From an uncultured bacterium (GTDB lineage: Bacteria; Zixibacteria; MSB-5A5; GN15; FEB-12): 64,000 nucleotides of DNA. Positions 29,760 through 39,549 of this stretch are shown here, one piece after another. Made by a program: the position numbers and the translations under genes. The stretch is from positions 39,861 to 103,860 of the forward strand of contig CBFDBU010000001.1 of assembly GCA_965603125.1 (NCBI GenBank), read 5' to 3'. The notes beneath the pieces were generated by a model that had not been told where the DNA came from, made no database searches, and saw only the letters and a program-made list of their open reading frames with translations. Position 1 is the first letter of the stretch, and each line of letters begins with the position of its first letter.

Positions 29760-30269
29760 GTGGCTGAGACGAACATAAGAAGACTCGCGATTTATCCCGG
29801 TACGTTCGATCCGGTAACGAACGGACACATGTCACTGATCGAACGTGCCACCCGCCTGTTTGACGGATTGACCGTGGCCGTGGCGGTGAGCGCCGGGAAA
29901 ACACCATTCTTCGATTTCGACGAACGCCTGGAGCAGATTAAAAAGGCGGTTGCGGCACAACCATATTCCGGCAAGGTGCGAGTTATCGGCTTCGACGGCC
30001 TGCTGGCCGACCTGGCTCTCAAGACGAAGGCCGTGGCCATTGTCAGAGGCCTTCGGGCAGTGTCCGACTTTGAGAATGAATTCCAGATGGCCCTGATGAA
30101 TCGCAAGCTGGCGCGCTCGGTGGAAACGGTCTTCCTGATGCCGGCGCTGTCGTGGGTGTACCTTTCGTCCACAATAGTAAAGGATGTAGCCGCCAACGGA
30201 GGGGACGTCAGTCACCTGGTTCCGGTGTCGGTAAACGAGGCGATTGGCAGGAAGTTGGCGTCGAGATAA
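29760..30269 (+). CDS. coaD: Phosphopantetheine adenylyltransferase
   Basis: YPGTFDPVTNGH, RGLRAVSDFENE and LSSTIVK. Start is GTG 29760 or TTG 29751. Confidence 0.96.
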   Translation: MAETNIRRLAIYPGTFDPVTNGHMSLIERATRLFDGLTVAVAVSAGKTPFFDFDERLEQIKKAVAAQPYSGKVRVIGFDGLLADLALKTKAVAIVRGLRAVSDFENEFQMALMNRKLARSVETVFLMPALSWVYLSSTIVKDVAANGGDVSHLVPVSVNEAIGRKLASR

Positions 30270-30358
30270 GCACAGGTCGTTTTGAGAGACAGGATTGGCA
30301 TTGAGGCGGCAGGCTACATGATTGCTCGCCGCTGAACGGTTCCCCCGGACACACGCCC

Positions 30359-31951
30359 ATGACTAAGCAGCCCGGAAAACAACAACCACCCGCCGCTGAT
30401 GACTCCTCCGGGAAGATCCAGATTCCGCTGGCCGAACTCATCAGGAGACGTCGGGAAAAGGTGGTAGAGCTGACCGGAAAAGGCGTCAACTGCTACCCCT
30501 ACCGGTATGAGAATACACGTCCGGTAACCGAGCTGCTGAGCGATTTCGACGACCTGGCCGCGAGTGAAACTGTTGTCCGCCTGGCCGGACGGGTCATGCT
30601 CAAGCGCAAAATGGGGAAAGCCGCCTTTGCCGACGTGCGTGATACCGCCCAACGGATACAGATCTATGTCAAGGTGGACAATGTCGGCAAAGACGCCTTT
30701 GAGTTGTTTGACGCCGTTGATCTGGGGGATATTCTCGGTTGCGAAGGAACTCTTTTCATCACTCGAACGGGTGAACGGACCCTGAAAGTCACCTCTTTTG
30801 AATTGCTGACGAAATCGCTGCACCCGCTCCCCGACAAGCACTCCGGCCTTACCGACAAAGAGACTCGCAGCCGTCGCCGCTATGCCGATTTGATCGTCAA
30901 CCCCGAGGTGCGGGACCTGTTCGTCATGCGGACACGGATCGTCAAAGTTATCCGTGACTTTCTGAACGCCAGGGACTTCCTGGAGGTGGAAACCCCTATC
31001 CTGCAACCTCTCTACGGCGGCGGTATGGCAGTGCCCTTCAAGACGCGTCACCAGCGCCTGGACCGCGACCTGTATCTGCGCATCGCCGATGAACTCTACC
31101 TCAAGCGGCTGCTGGTGGGCGGTCTCGAAAAGGTCTGGGAGTACTGCAAGGATTTTCGCAACGAGGGCATCGACCGCCTGCACAACCCTGAGTTCTCCAT
31201 GATTGAGCTTTACTGGGCATATGCCGATTACAAAGACATGGCCGAGCTGTTCGAGGAATTGTTGCGGCACGTTGTCCTCGAGACGCACGGCAGTTACAAG
31301 ATTGCCTATGGCGAACATGAAATAGACTTTGAGCCGCGCTTTCGATGGGTCAGTATGATAGGTTCTATCAAGGACAAAACCGGCGTGGATTTCGCTGGTC
31401 TCTCCTTTGAGGAAGCGAAGGAGGCTGCCGGGGAGTATGACCTTGAAGCCGAGAAACTGATCAACAGGGGGAAAGTGATCGAAGCGGTGTGGGAGGCGAC
31501 GGTCGAACCGACTCTGATTCAACCCACCTTTATCGCTGACTTTCCCGTGGAGATCTCGCCGCTGGCAAAAAAACACCGTGAGTGCGTGGGCCTAACGGAG
31601 AGATTCGAGTTGTTCGTCGCCGGACTGGAAATGGGCAACGCCTTCAGCGAACTCAACGATCCCGTAGATCAACTGGAGCGTTTCCTGCAGCAGGGCAAGG
31701 CGCTGCAGGCGGGCGACAAAGAGGCCCAACCCCTCGATGACGATTTCATCACCGCCCTGTCATACGGAATGCCTCCGTCGACGGGGCTGGGGTTCGGCGT
31801 CGACCGGTTGGTGATGCTGTTGACCGATCAGCACAACATCCGCGACGTCCTGCTCTTCCCGCAGATGAAGGATATGAAAGAAGGATCGGTGCCGGTATCC
31901 GGGATTCTGGCGCAAATAGTCCGGGATGAAAAGGAAAACGATTCGACATAA
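30359..31951 (+). CDS. lysS: Lysine--tRNA ligase (class II)
   Basis: RRYADL, YLRIA.ELYLKRL, FRNEG..HNPEF, ERFELF and G.G.DRL.M. Confidence 0.98.
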   Translation: MTKQPGKQQPPAADDSSGKIQIPLAELIRRRREKVVELTGKGVNCYPYRYENTRPVTELLSDFDDLAASETVVRLAGRVMLKRKMGKAAFADVRDTAQRIQIYVKVDNVGKDAFELFDAVDLGDILGCEGTLFITRTGERTLKVTSFELLTKSLHPLPDKHSGLTDKETRSRRRYADLIVNPEVRDLFVMRTRIVKVIRDFLNARDFLEVETPILQPLYGGGMAVPFKTRHQRLDRDLYLRIADELYLKRLLVGGLEKVWEYCKDFRNEGIDRLHNPEFSMIELYWAYADYKDMAELFEELLRHVVLETHGSYKIAYGEHEIDFEPRFRWVSMIGSIKDKTGVDFAGLSFEEAKEAAGEYDLEAEKLINRGKVIEAVWEATVEPTLIQPTFIADFPVEISPLAKKHRECVGLTERFELFVAGLEMGNAFSELNDPVDQLERFLQQGKALQAGDKEAQPLDDDFITALSYGMPPSTGLGFGVDRLVMLLTDQHNIRDVLLFPQMKDMKEGSVPVSGILAQIVRDEKENDST

Positions 31952-32153
31952 CATTCGGCTGCCACGGTGCAGCCTCCCGTCGGCCTTGAGGTTTATCGTG
32001 CAATGCATCTCTGCTGTCTTTGCTCCTCCTTTTCCGGCCTTGGGTTTGGCCGCAATCGTTTCTCAAGGAGGAGCCTTTATGAATTGACCCCCCCCCCCAG
32101 TGGGGCTGTTTGCATTAAGTTTGAAGTTAATTCGTTTCTAGGGAGTTTTTATG

Positions 32154-32435
32154 ATGAACATCTATGTCGGCAATCTGCCTTTTGAGATCAGTGAAGATGA
32201 GTTGCGCGACGTCTTTGGGGCTTTCGGTGAAGTCTCTTCAGCCAAGATCATAACCGACCGCTACAGCGGCCGGCCGCGCGGCTTCGCCTTCGTTGAAATG
32301 CCCGACGACAGTCATGGACAGGCGGCAATCGACGATCTCAATGACAAGGATTTCAAGGGTCGCACACTCAAGGTAAGCGTGGCCCGCGCCCGCGAAGAAC
32401 GGCCCGAGCGTCGCCCGCCCGACGACAGGCGTTGA
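32154..32435 (+). CDS. RRM (RNP-1) RNA-binding protein
   Basis: NIYVGNL (RNP2) and RGFAFVEM (RNP1). Confidence 0.95.
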   Translation: MNIYVGNLPFEISEDELRDVFGAFGEVSSAKIITDRYSGRPRGFAFVEMPDDSHGQAAIDDLNDKDFKGRTLKVSVARAREERPERRPPDDRR

Positions 32436-32460
32436 TTCCGTTTCCATAAACAGGAGGGCA

Positions 32461-32493
32461 AACTGCCCGGTCGCGGCTGCGGACGGGCAGTTG
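32461..32493 (+). terminator. Hairpin after the RRM gene (possible terminator)
   Basis: AACTGCCCG...CGGGCAGTT stem with a weak U-tract. Confidence 0.4.
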
Positions 32494-32528
32494 CTGCATG
32501 AGGGCCGGATCCCTCGGGCCCGGCATCC

Positions 32529-32675
32529 AGGCTTGTTGAAAAAGTCACCGTAGCCTGCCGCCGAAGCATTGATACTGTGCTGCCAGGCGTCTCTGCCTGG
32601 CAGTGGTGCAAATTTATAGAAGCGTCGGGCAGAGACACCCGATGCCACCCTGGGAGTACGTTTTTCAACAAGCCT
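32529..32675. mobile_element. 147-bp MITE with 15-bp terminal inverted repeats and a 4-bp target-site duplication
   Basis: AGGCTTGTTGAAAAA (32529-32543) and TTTTTCAACAAGCCT (32661-32675). ATCC at 32525-32528 and 32676-32679. Confidence 0.85.
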
Positions 32676-32715
32676 ATCCCCGGGCGTAACCGGCGAAAAA
32701 CGTGAAGAAAATCCC

Positions 32716-32776
32716 TTGACAGTGATGATATAGGATGTATCTTAACTAACAAGATAGTTAAACTAAACAGTTGGTT
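32716..32776 (+). promoter_or_regulatory. Promoter and tandem TetR-type operators
   Basis: TTGACA-N16-TATCTT. TAACTA-N6-TAGTTA (32743-32760) and AACTAA-N4-TTGGTT (32761-32776). Confidence 0.7.
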
Positions 32777-32781
32777 ATACT

Positions 32782-33423
32782 ATGACGTGTCCCAATCCCA
32801 TCCCTCGTCGGCGCACCCGCCGCAAGAAATCCAGCCGCGAGAAAATCACGGCCACCGCCCTGGCTGAGTTTGCCGACAACGGCCTGGCCGGGGCCAGGAT
32901 TGACCGCATCGCAGCAACCGCCGGCGTTAACAAGGCCATGATCTACTACCACTTCTCATCCAAGGACAACCTCTACCGGCAAGTTGTGGATGAATTCGTC
33001 GGTGACCTCATGAGCAGGATTAGCCAGGCTATCTCCGATAAGGCCACCGTCGAGACCGGCCTGATGCGACTGGCCGAAGTCTACACCGAGCTTGTCACCG
33101 AGTACCCGGAGTTCCCCCGTCTCTTGCTGCGGGAACTGGCTGACCCGGGCGGGAGAATGCTCGGCAGGATCAGCCGGATTCTGGTCAGGTCCGGCAACCC
33201 GGCCCAGATGGAGCGGCTTCTGAGTCGTGGCGTGGCCGGTGGACAGCTTCGTCGCATCAATGTCAGGCAGGCGCTGGTTTCGTTCCTGACCATGAACATC
33301 GGGTATTTTCTTATGGCCCCCCTGTTGGACGAGGTCATGGATATCAAGGACCGGAAACGATTTGTGAAAGAAAGGAAGAAAGCCGTGGTCGATCTGTTCT
33401 TGAACGGGGTCAAGGCAAGATGA
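32782..33423 (+). CDS. TetR/AcrR-family regulator
   Basis: HTH IDRIAATAGVNKAMIYYHFSSK. Confidence 0.95.
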   Translation: MTCPNPIPRRRTRRKKSSREKITATALAEFADNGLAGARIDRIAATAGVNKAMIYYHFSSKDNLYRQVVDEFVGDLMSRISQAISDKATVETGLMRLAEVYTELVTEYPEFPRLLLRELADPGGRMLGRISRILVRSGNPAQMERLLSRGVAGGQLRRINVRQALVSFLTMNIGYFLMAPLLDEVMDIKDRKRFVKERKKAVVDLFLNGVKAR

Positions 33424-34730
33424 GACGTTACTTGTTGGCCGCATTGTTGGTCGTGATCGGTTATTCTTCCCCGGTTGGCCGCGAGTTGACCCTTGGTGAA
33501 GCCCTGCGTCTTTCAACCGAGCATTCTCACGCGCTCAAGAGCGCCACGGCGCGCACGGCGGCTGCCGAGGGAGCACAGCGGGCCGCCCTGGCTGACCGCC
33601 TTCCCACGATGTCGGTCGCGGCGTTCGGGCTTTACAACAGCGAGGTGCCGACGCTTGATATTGAGTTGCCGCCGCCGGTCGGCGTGTCGTTTTCACGGGA
33701 GGTGGGCACCGACGAAACCTATCAGGCGGATTTGCGCCTCAGCCTGCCCCTGTTTACGGGAGGTCTGCTGGGAGCGAACATCGACCGTGCGCGCGCCTGG
33801 CTGACGTACACCGACGCCCTCGCGCAGGCGGAGCGTGATCAGGTGCTGCTTCAGACGCGCTTGGCATATCTGTTGCTGGCCCGCGCCGACCGCGTGCTCG
33901 ACGCCGCCTGCGCCTCACTGCGCAGAGCGGAGATTATCGCCGCCGACGTCGGCGTCCTCTTCGATGGCGGTATGGCCGATTCGGTTGACATCTTAGAGGC
34001 CCGCCTGGGGCTCGACCAGGCGCACTTCCGCGAGCAGAGCGCCGCCATTGGGCGCCGGTCAGCCGAAATCATGCTGCTGACTCTGACAGGTCTCCCCGCC
34101 ACGGAACAGCTTGAGATCACCGGTTTCCCGGAAGCCATCCCCGGCGAACTGATGCCGTCAACAGTGCTCCCGGGTAAGCCGGAACTGAAAGTGGCCGAGG
34201 CAGGTGTGGAGCTGAGTCTGTCCGGCATGAAAGCGGCCCGGGCAGGATACTATCCGACGCTGTCGGCGTACGCCGGGTATTCCTATGGGAGACCGAACCT
34301 GGACCGCTTCCGGGACACCTGGAATGACTACTTCAATTTCGGAGCCAACCTGGTCTGGTCGTTTAATGCGGGCAACAAGGTCGGCGCCGGGGTCAGGGCT
34401 GCGGAGCATGAATACGGGGCAGCCTGCAGTGAGCGGGAAAGGACGGCTGAAGTCCTTGACCGCGAGGCAAAACTGTCTCTGCAAAATCTGAAATTAGCCC
34501 GCAAGAGATATGAAACGGCACGGCGGCACTTGCGGGTCACTTCCGACAGCTACCGACTGGCAACCGTCAGACATCGGGAAGGAGTGCTGTCGGCGAACAG
34601 GCTGCTGGAAATCGAGGCGTCTCTCACCGAGGCCGAGTCGTTGCTGGCCGGGTCCCTGGTCGATTTCTTCGTTGCCCGAAGCGTGCACTATTTCGCTATC
34701 GGGTCGGACAAACTAAGAGAAGGGTTCTAA
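33420..34730 (+). CDS. TolC-family outer-membrane efflux protein
   Basis: LTL.EAL start and duplicated LP..LSLPLFTGG / YYPTLS halves. Confidence 0.9.
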   Translation: MRRYLLAALLVVIGYSSPVGRELTLGEALRLSTEHSHALKSATARTAAAEGAQRAALADRLPTMSVAAFGLYNSEVPTLDIELPPPVGVSFSREVGTDETYQADLRLSLPLFTGGLLGANIDRARAWLTYTDALAQAERDQVLLQTRLAYLLLARADRVLDAACASLRRAEIIAADVGVLFDGGMADSVDILEARLGLDQAHFREQSAAIGRRSAEIMLLTLTGLPATEQLEITGFPEAIPGELMPSTVLPGKPELKVAEAGVELSLSGMKAARAGYYPTLSAYAGYSYGRPNLDRFRDTWNDYFNFGANLVWSFNAGNKVGAGVRAAEHEYGAACSERERTAEVLDREAKLSLQNLKLARKRYETARRHLRVTSDSYRLATVRHREGVLSANRLLEIEASLTEAESLLAGSLVDFFVARSVHYFAIGSDKLREGF

Positions 34731-34731
34731 G

Positions 34732-35622
34732 ATGCGAAATCTGCGACTACCCGTACTATTACTTACGCTAAGCCTGTTTCTTGGAGGATGCAGTCAGAAT
34801 GACCGGCGACCCGGCGGTTCGGGATTGCTTGAGGCCACGGAAGTGGTTGTTTCCTCGGAAGTCGGTGGCCGTGTCGTGAAGCTGCTCTTTGATGAGGGAA
34901 CCGTTGTCGCGTCGGCCGACACATTGCTGCTCATTGACCCCACGCGCCCGCAACTGGAATTGGCCGCAGCCGAGGCTGACCTGGAGGTGATCCGGACCAA
35001 CCTGAGCACGGCGCGACTTCAGGCCGAACAGGCTGCGGTCGCCGAAGAGTTCGCCCTGTCCGAACGCAGCCGTATCGAGAAACTGCTGGCATCGAACACG
35101 GCCACCCGCAAGCAGATGGACCTGGTCGCATTTGAATACGTTCAGGCGGAGCTGGCCACCAGGGCGGCCCGGGCCAAGGTGGCTACGGTGAAGGCGCAAC
35201 TCCAAAAGACCGAGGTCAATATCGACCGCACCAGGCGCAACCTCGACGACTGCCACCCGCTGTCGCCGATGGGGGGGACGGTGACGGCAAGGTATGTTGA
35301 CGAGGGGGAACTGCTGAGTCCGGGCAAGCCGATAGGGCGCATATCCCGCCTCGACAGCCTGTGGGTAAAGGTCTATCTGCCGGCAGCGGCATTTGCGTCT
35401 GTGAAGATCGGTGACACTGCCTGGGTCGATACTGAGTCGGGCGGTGACCCCTGTCCGGGGCTTGTCATCTGGACTTCACCCGACGCGGAGTTTACCCCCA
35501 AGAATGTGCAGACACAGAAGTCGCGGGCCAATCTCGTGTACGCGGTCAAGGTCAAACTTGCCAACGACGACCGCACACTGAAAGTGGGTATGCCAGTGTA
35601 TGTGACTATCGGGGCGCTATGA
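34732..35622 (+). CDS. HlyD/YbhG-type membrane fusion protein
   Basis: Lipobox LGGC. SP..GTV, AEFTPKNVQT and LKVGMP. Confidence 0.92.
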   Translation: MRNLRLPVLLLTLSLFLGGCSQNDRRPGGSGLLEATEVVVSSEVGGRVVKLLFDEGTVVASADTLLLIDPTRPQLELAAAEADLEVIRTNLSTARLQAEQAAVAEEFALSERSRIEKLLASNTATRKQMDLVAFEYVQAELATRAARAKVATVKAQLQKTEVNIDRTRRNLDDCHPLSPMGGTVTARYVDEGELLSPGKPIGRISRLDSLWVKVYLPAAAFASVKIGDTAWVDTESGGDPCPGLVIWTSPDAEFTPKNVQTQKSRANLVYAVKVKLANDDRTLKVGMPVYVTIGAL

Positions 35623-36536
35623 GTTTCGTATCGGTGGCGCATCTGTCAAAGTCGTATGGCGATATCAAGGCGGTCGACGACATCAGCTTCGAGGTCGACG
35701 AGGGCAAGGTTCTGGCCCTGGTGGGACCGGATGGAGCCGGCAAGACCACCCTCATGCGCCTGGTTTGCAACCTGCTGGCTCCCGACAGTGGTGTCGTACG
35801 GATTGCCGACCTCGACGTCGCCGGTGGTTTTGATCGCCTCAAGGAGCTGTTGGGCTACATGCCCCAGGTCTTTTCGCTTTACTCCGACCTCAGCGTGGAG
35901 GAGAACCTGATCTTCTACGCGGGCATCTACGGTGTTACCGGCGCGCGCTACCGGCAGAAGCGGGACTACCTGTACGGCTTTTCCAGGCTGGCCCCCTTTG
36001 CGCGCCGCCGGGCCGGTGACCTCTCGGGCGGCATGAAACAAAAGCTGGCGCTCTCGTGCGCTCTTATCCACGATCCTCAAATCCTCGTTCTGGACGAACC
36101 GACTACGGGCGTCGACCCTCTCTCTCGCCTCCAGTTCTGGGAGATACTGTCCGAGTTCAAGCACCAGGGGGTCACGATACTGCTGACGACGCCCTACATG
36201 GACGAGGTAGCGCACGCTGATCGCGCCTGTTTCATGCTCGGCGGAAAGAAGCTGACAGAAGGAACGCCCGGGGAACTGTCAGGCAGCTTCAAAGGCGAGC
36301 TTTACTCTCTGGACACGCTCCCCTCGACTGATCTCATAGAGAGACTGAACGACATCCCACACCTACGGTCGCGGCGGTTCGGGACCGGCCTGCACGTCAG
36401 TCTCGACGCAGGTTTGAAAATCGAAGACGTCTCCGGAGCCTTGCGCGCCGCCGGGGTTGATCCGGGATACCTGGTTCCGGCGCAGGCCGGGCTGGAAGAC
36501 TGTTTCATTCAACTCATGGAGCAGACGGGTGACTGA
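35619..36536 (+). CDS. ABC transporter ATP-binding subunit (YbhF N-half-like)
   Basis: GPDGAGKTT, LSGGMKQK and LDEPTTGVDP. Confidence 0.95.
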   Translation: MSFVSVAHLSKSYGDIKAVDDISFEVDEGKVLALVGPDGAGKTTLMRLVCNLLAPDSGVVRIADLDVAGGFDRLKELLGYMPQVFSLYSDLSVEENLIFYAGIYGVTGARYRQKRDYLYGFSRLAPFARRRAGDLSGGMKQKLALSCALIHDPQILVLDEPTTGVDPLSRLQFWEILSEFKHQGVTILLTTPYMDEVAHADRACFMLGGKKLTEGTPGELSGSFKGELYSLDTLPSTDLIERLNDIPHLRSRRFGTGLHVSLDAGLKIEDVSGALRAAGVDPGYLVPAQAGLEDCFIQLMEQTGD

Positions 36537-37272
36537 GGCGGCCGTGCGGGTGCGGGATATGTCCCGCCGATTCGGAGCCTTCACGGCGGTGGACAGGATT
36601 TCCCTGACCGTGGCGCGGGGTGAGATATTCGGGTTTCTGGGAGCTAACGGCGCCGGCAAGACTACCGCTATCAGGATGCTTTGCGGCCTGCTCATGCCGA
36701 CCGCGGGTGAAGGCGAGGTGGTCGGCTATGATATCTACAAACAGGCGGAAGATATCAAGAAGAGCATCGGTTACATGTCGCAGAAGTTCTCCCTGTATCC
36801 GGACCTGACCGGGCGGGAGAACATGCGGTTCTATGGGGCCGCCTACGGTTTGAAGCGGACTGTCGTGGCCGACCGCACCCGATACCTGGGTGAGCGCCTG
36901 TCGCTGAGTGAGTTCATCGACCGTCCCTCGAGGGCCCTGCCGGTAGGATGGCGGCAACGATTAGCCCTGGCCGTGTCGCTCATACACCAGCCGGAAATGC
37001 TGTTTCTCGATGAGCCGACCGGCGGGGTCGATCCCGTGTTTCGGCGGCGGTTCTGGCAGGAGCTCTACCGCCTGGCCGAGGAAGGCGTGACCATATTCGT
37101 GACTACGCACTACATGGATGAAGCCGAGTATTGCGACCGTATCTCGATCATGCACCAGGGACGCATCGTAGAGCGCGGCCGACCGCAGGATCTGCTGAAA
37201 AAATACAAAGCGCCGAACCTGGAAGAGCTGTTCGTATCGCTTATCGGCTCGCGGGAGGCCGCCAGTGCGTAG
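36529..37272 (+). CDS. ABC transporter ATP-binding subunit (YbhF C-half-like)
   Basis: GANGAGKTT, LPVGWRQR and LDEPTGGVDP. GTG start at 36529. Confidence 0.94.
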   Translation: MTEAAVRVRDMSRRFGAFTAVDRISLTVARGEIFGFLGANGAGKTTAIRMLCGLLMPTAGEGEVVGYDIYKQAEDIKKSIGYMSQKFSLYPDLTGRENMRFYGAAYGLKRTVVADRTRYLGERLSLSEFIDRPSRALPVGWRQRLALAVSLIHQPEMLFLDEPTGGVDPVFRRRFWQELYRLAEEGVTIFVTTHYMDEAEYCDRISIMHQGRIVERGRPQDLLKKYKAPNLEELFVSLIGSREAASA

Positions 37273-38371
37273 AATCAGGCACATCGCCCGCAAGGAACTC
37301 TACCATGTTCTGCGAGACGCCCGCTCCCTGGCCATCGTTCTGGTCATGCCCGTCGTGATGACGTTTCTCTACGGATACGCCATCAATCTGGATATCGAAA
37401 ACATCGTGTTGGGCGTAATTGATCTGGACCGGACGCAACATTCGCGAGCGCTCGCGGGATGTTTCTACCATTCGACATACTTCAGCGAGCCACAGGAGGA
37501 AATAGACCTCACCGACCCCGAGAGAGCTTTCCGCGAGGGGCGGGCCGGTGCCGTCCTGGTGATCCGGCCCGGGTTCGGCCGCGCGCTGGAGCGGGGAGAC
37601 AGCTTTTCGCTGGGTCTTATCATCGACGGTTCTGACAACAACATCGCCGGTGCTGTCCGGGGTTATACAGGCCAGGCGCTCAACAGCTTCCTGCGTGACC
37701 GTCTGCCGCCGGGCGCAAAACTCCCCGGCGTTGTTATCGCGCCCCGGGTGCTGTACAATCCGGACCTGCAGTCCTCGTATTTCTTTGTCCCCGGACTGGT
37801 AGCTATTGTGCTGCTGATGATATCCGCTCTCCTGACCTCGGTTACTATTGCCCGCGAAAAGGAGACCGGGACCCTGGAGCAAATGTTGACGGCCCCGGTC
37901 AAACCGATCGAGATTCTCCTGGGCAAGATCCTCCCCTACGTTTTCATCGCCCTGCTCGACGGCGTGTTGGTGCTGGTGTTCGCCAAGCTGGTGTTCGGCG
38001 TGCCGTTTGTGGGTTCGCACCTGCTGCTACTTGGTTTCGGGCTTGTATACGTCACCACGGCGCTGTCGATCGGGATACTGATCTCGTCCCTGGTGAGCAC
38101 GCAGCAGGTGGCAATGATGTTTGCAATGATGTTAACCATGCTTCCTTCGGTAATGCTCTCGGGATTCATCTTCGCCGTCAAGAACATGCCCTCCCTGTTG
38201 CAGTACCTGAGCCGGATCATCCCGGCTACATATTTCCTGACCGTCATCCGCGGCATCATGCTCAAAGGGGCGGGTCTCGGGGAGTTGGCGATTCACGGGG
38301 TTTTTCTTCTGGTCCTGATGGCGATCATGATCGGTGTCGCCGCGGCCAAATTCAAGACGAGGTTAGCTTAA
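37265..38371 (+). CDS. ABC-2 permease (YbhS-like)
   Basis: YNP.L.S..F.VPG and REKETGTLEQ. Confidence 0.93.
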   Translation: MRRIRHIARKELYHVLRDARSLAIVLVMPVVMTFLYGYAINLDIENIVLGVIDLDRTQHSRALAGCFYHSTYFSEPQEEIDLTDPERAFREGRAGAVLVIRPGFGRALERGDSFSLGLIIDGSDNNIAGAVRGYTGQALNSFLRDRLPPGAKLPGVVIAPRVLYNPDLQSSYFFVPGLVAIVLLMISALLTSVTIAREKETGTLEQMLTAPVKPIEILLGKILPYVFIALLDGVLVLVFAKLVFGVPFVGSHLLLLGFGLVYVTTALSIGILISSLVSTQQVAMMFAMMLTMLPSVMLSGFIFAVKNMPSLLQYLSRIIPATYFLTVIRGIMLKGAGLGELAIHGVFLLVLMAIMIGVAAAKFKTRLA

Positions 38372-38373
38372 CC

Positions 38374-39471
38374 ATGACCAGGGCGCTGACAGGACTGGTG
38401 AGAAAGGAGTTCCTCCAGGTTTTCCGCGACCGCAACATGCTGAGTCTGATTTTCGCCATGCCGATAGTACAGCTCATCCTTTTTGGCTACATCGTGAACA
38501 CGGAGGTGAGGCTGATCGATCTGGACGTTTACGACTTTGACCGGAGCGAAACATCGCGGGCATTCGTCAACTCCTGTCGGGCAGGCGGCTACTTTATACC
38601 GCAGGAGGGCGTGCCCTCAATCCTGGCTCTCGACGAGAGGTTCAAGAAGGGTGCCAGTGAGATGGCACTGATAATACCTGAGGACTTCTCTACCAGGCTG
38701 CAGACGCGCTGGCAGGCGGCGGTGGGACTGATAGCCGATGGAACCGGCGCCAATGCGACCGGCATCGGGCTGGGCTACATGGGTCAGATCGCCGGGGAGT
38801 TTTCTCAACGAGAACTGGGCGTGACGCCGCCGGTAGATATCAGGTACCGTTTCCTGTACAACCCGGAGGCCGAGTCGGTCTACTTCATGGTTCCGGGAAT
38901 CGTGGCCGCCCTGCTGACGATGATCACGGTCATGCTCACGAGCATGGCCATAGTCCGCGAGCGGGAACGGGGCACTCTCGAACAACTGTTGGTGACGCCG
39001 ATGTCTTCCACAACCCTGCTGCTGGGGAAGGTGATCCCGTTTGCCGCGCTGGGGCTTTTTGAACTGGCCTTCGCGCTGATGATCGGCGTCCTGTGGTTCA
39101 GTGTACCGTTTGTCGGTTCGCCTTTCCTGCTTCTGGCGCTGTCGCTCCTCTACCTGCTGACCACCCTGGGATTAGGACTGCTTTTTTCAACGGTCACTAC
39201 GACTCAACAACAGGCGATGTTTTTTGCCTGGTTCTTTTTTGTGTTCGCCCTGCTGACCTCGGGCTTCTTCACACCCATCTCCAACATGCCGCAGTGGATG
39301 CAGTACGTTACACTTCTCAACCCGATGCGCTACTTTATCAGCATAGCTCGAGGGATAATGATGAAAGGTTCCGGGATCACAGAATTGTGGGCCGACACCT
39401 ATCCCCTGATCCTTTTCGGCGTCTCGATTTTCGGTATCGCCGCCGCCCGCTTCACAAAACGCGCGGCGTGA
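38374..39471 (+). CDS. ABC-2 permease (YbhR-like)
   Basis: KEFLQVFRD, RERERGTLEQLLVTP and PISNMP. Confidence 0.93.
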   Translation: MTRALTGLVRKEFLQVFRDRNMLSLIFAMPIVQLILFGYIVNTEVRLIDLDVYDFDRSETSRAFVNSCRAGGYFIPQEGVPSILALDERFKKGASEMALIIPEDFSTRLQTRWQAAVGLIADGTGANATGIGLGYMGQIAGEFSQRELGVTPPVDIRYRFLYNPEAESVYFMVPGIVAALLTMITVMLTSMAIVRERERGTLEQLLVTPMSSTTLLLGKVIPFAALGLFELAFALMIGVLWFSVPFVGSPFLLLALSLLYLLTTLGLGLLFSTVTTTQQQAMFFAWFFFVFALLTSGFFTPISNMPQWMQYVTLLNPMRYFISIARGIMMKGSGITELWADTYPLILFGVSIFGIAAARFTKRAA

Positions 39472-39549
39472 TGAGACGACGGCGTATTCTGCACACCGAG
39501 CAACTTCCGTTGCCCGGTGATGCCGATTTGCATTGAGACCCCGCCGGAC

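Noticed and set aside
30314-31576. 420-aa antisense ORF opposite lysS, and similar shadow ORFs throughout the window
   Set aside because: Expected by-product of GC-rich codon usage; no recognisable motifs.
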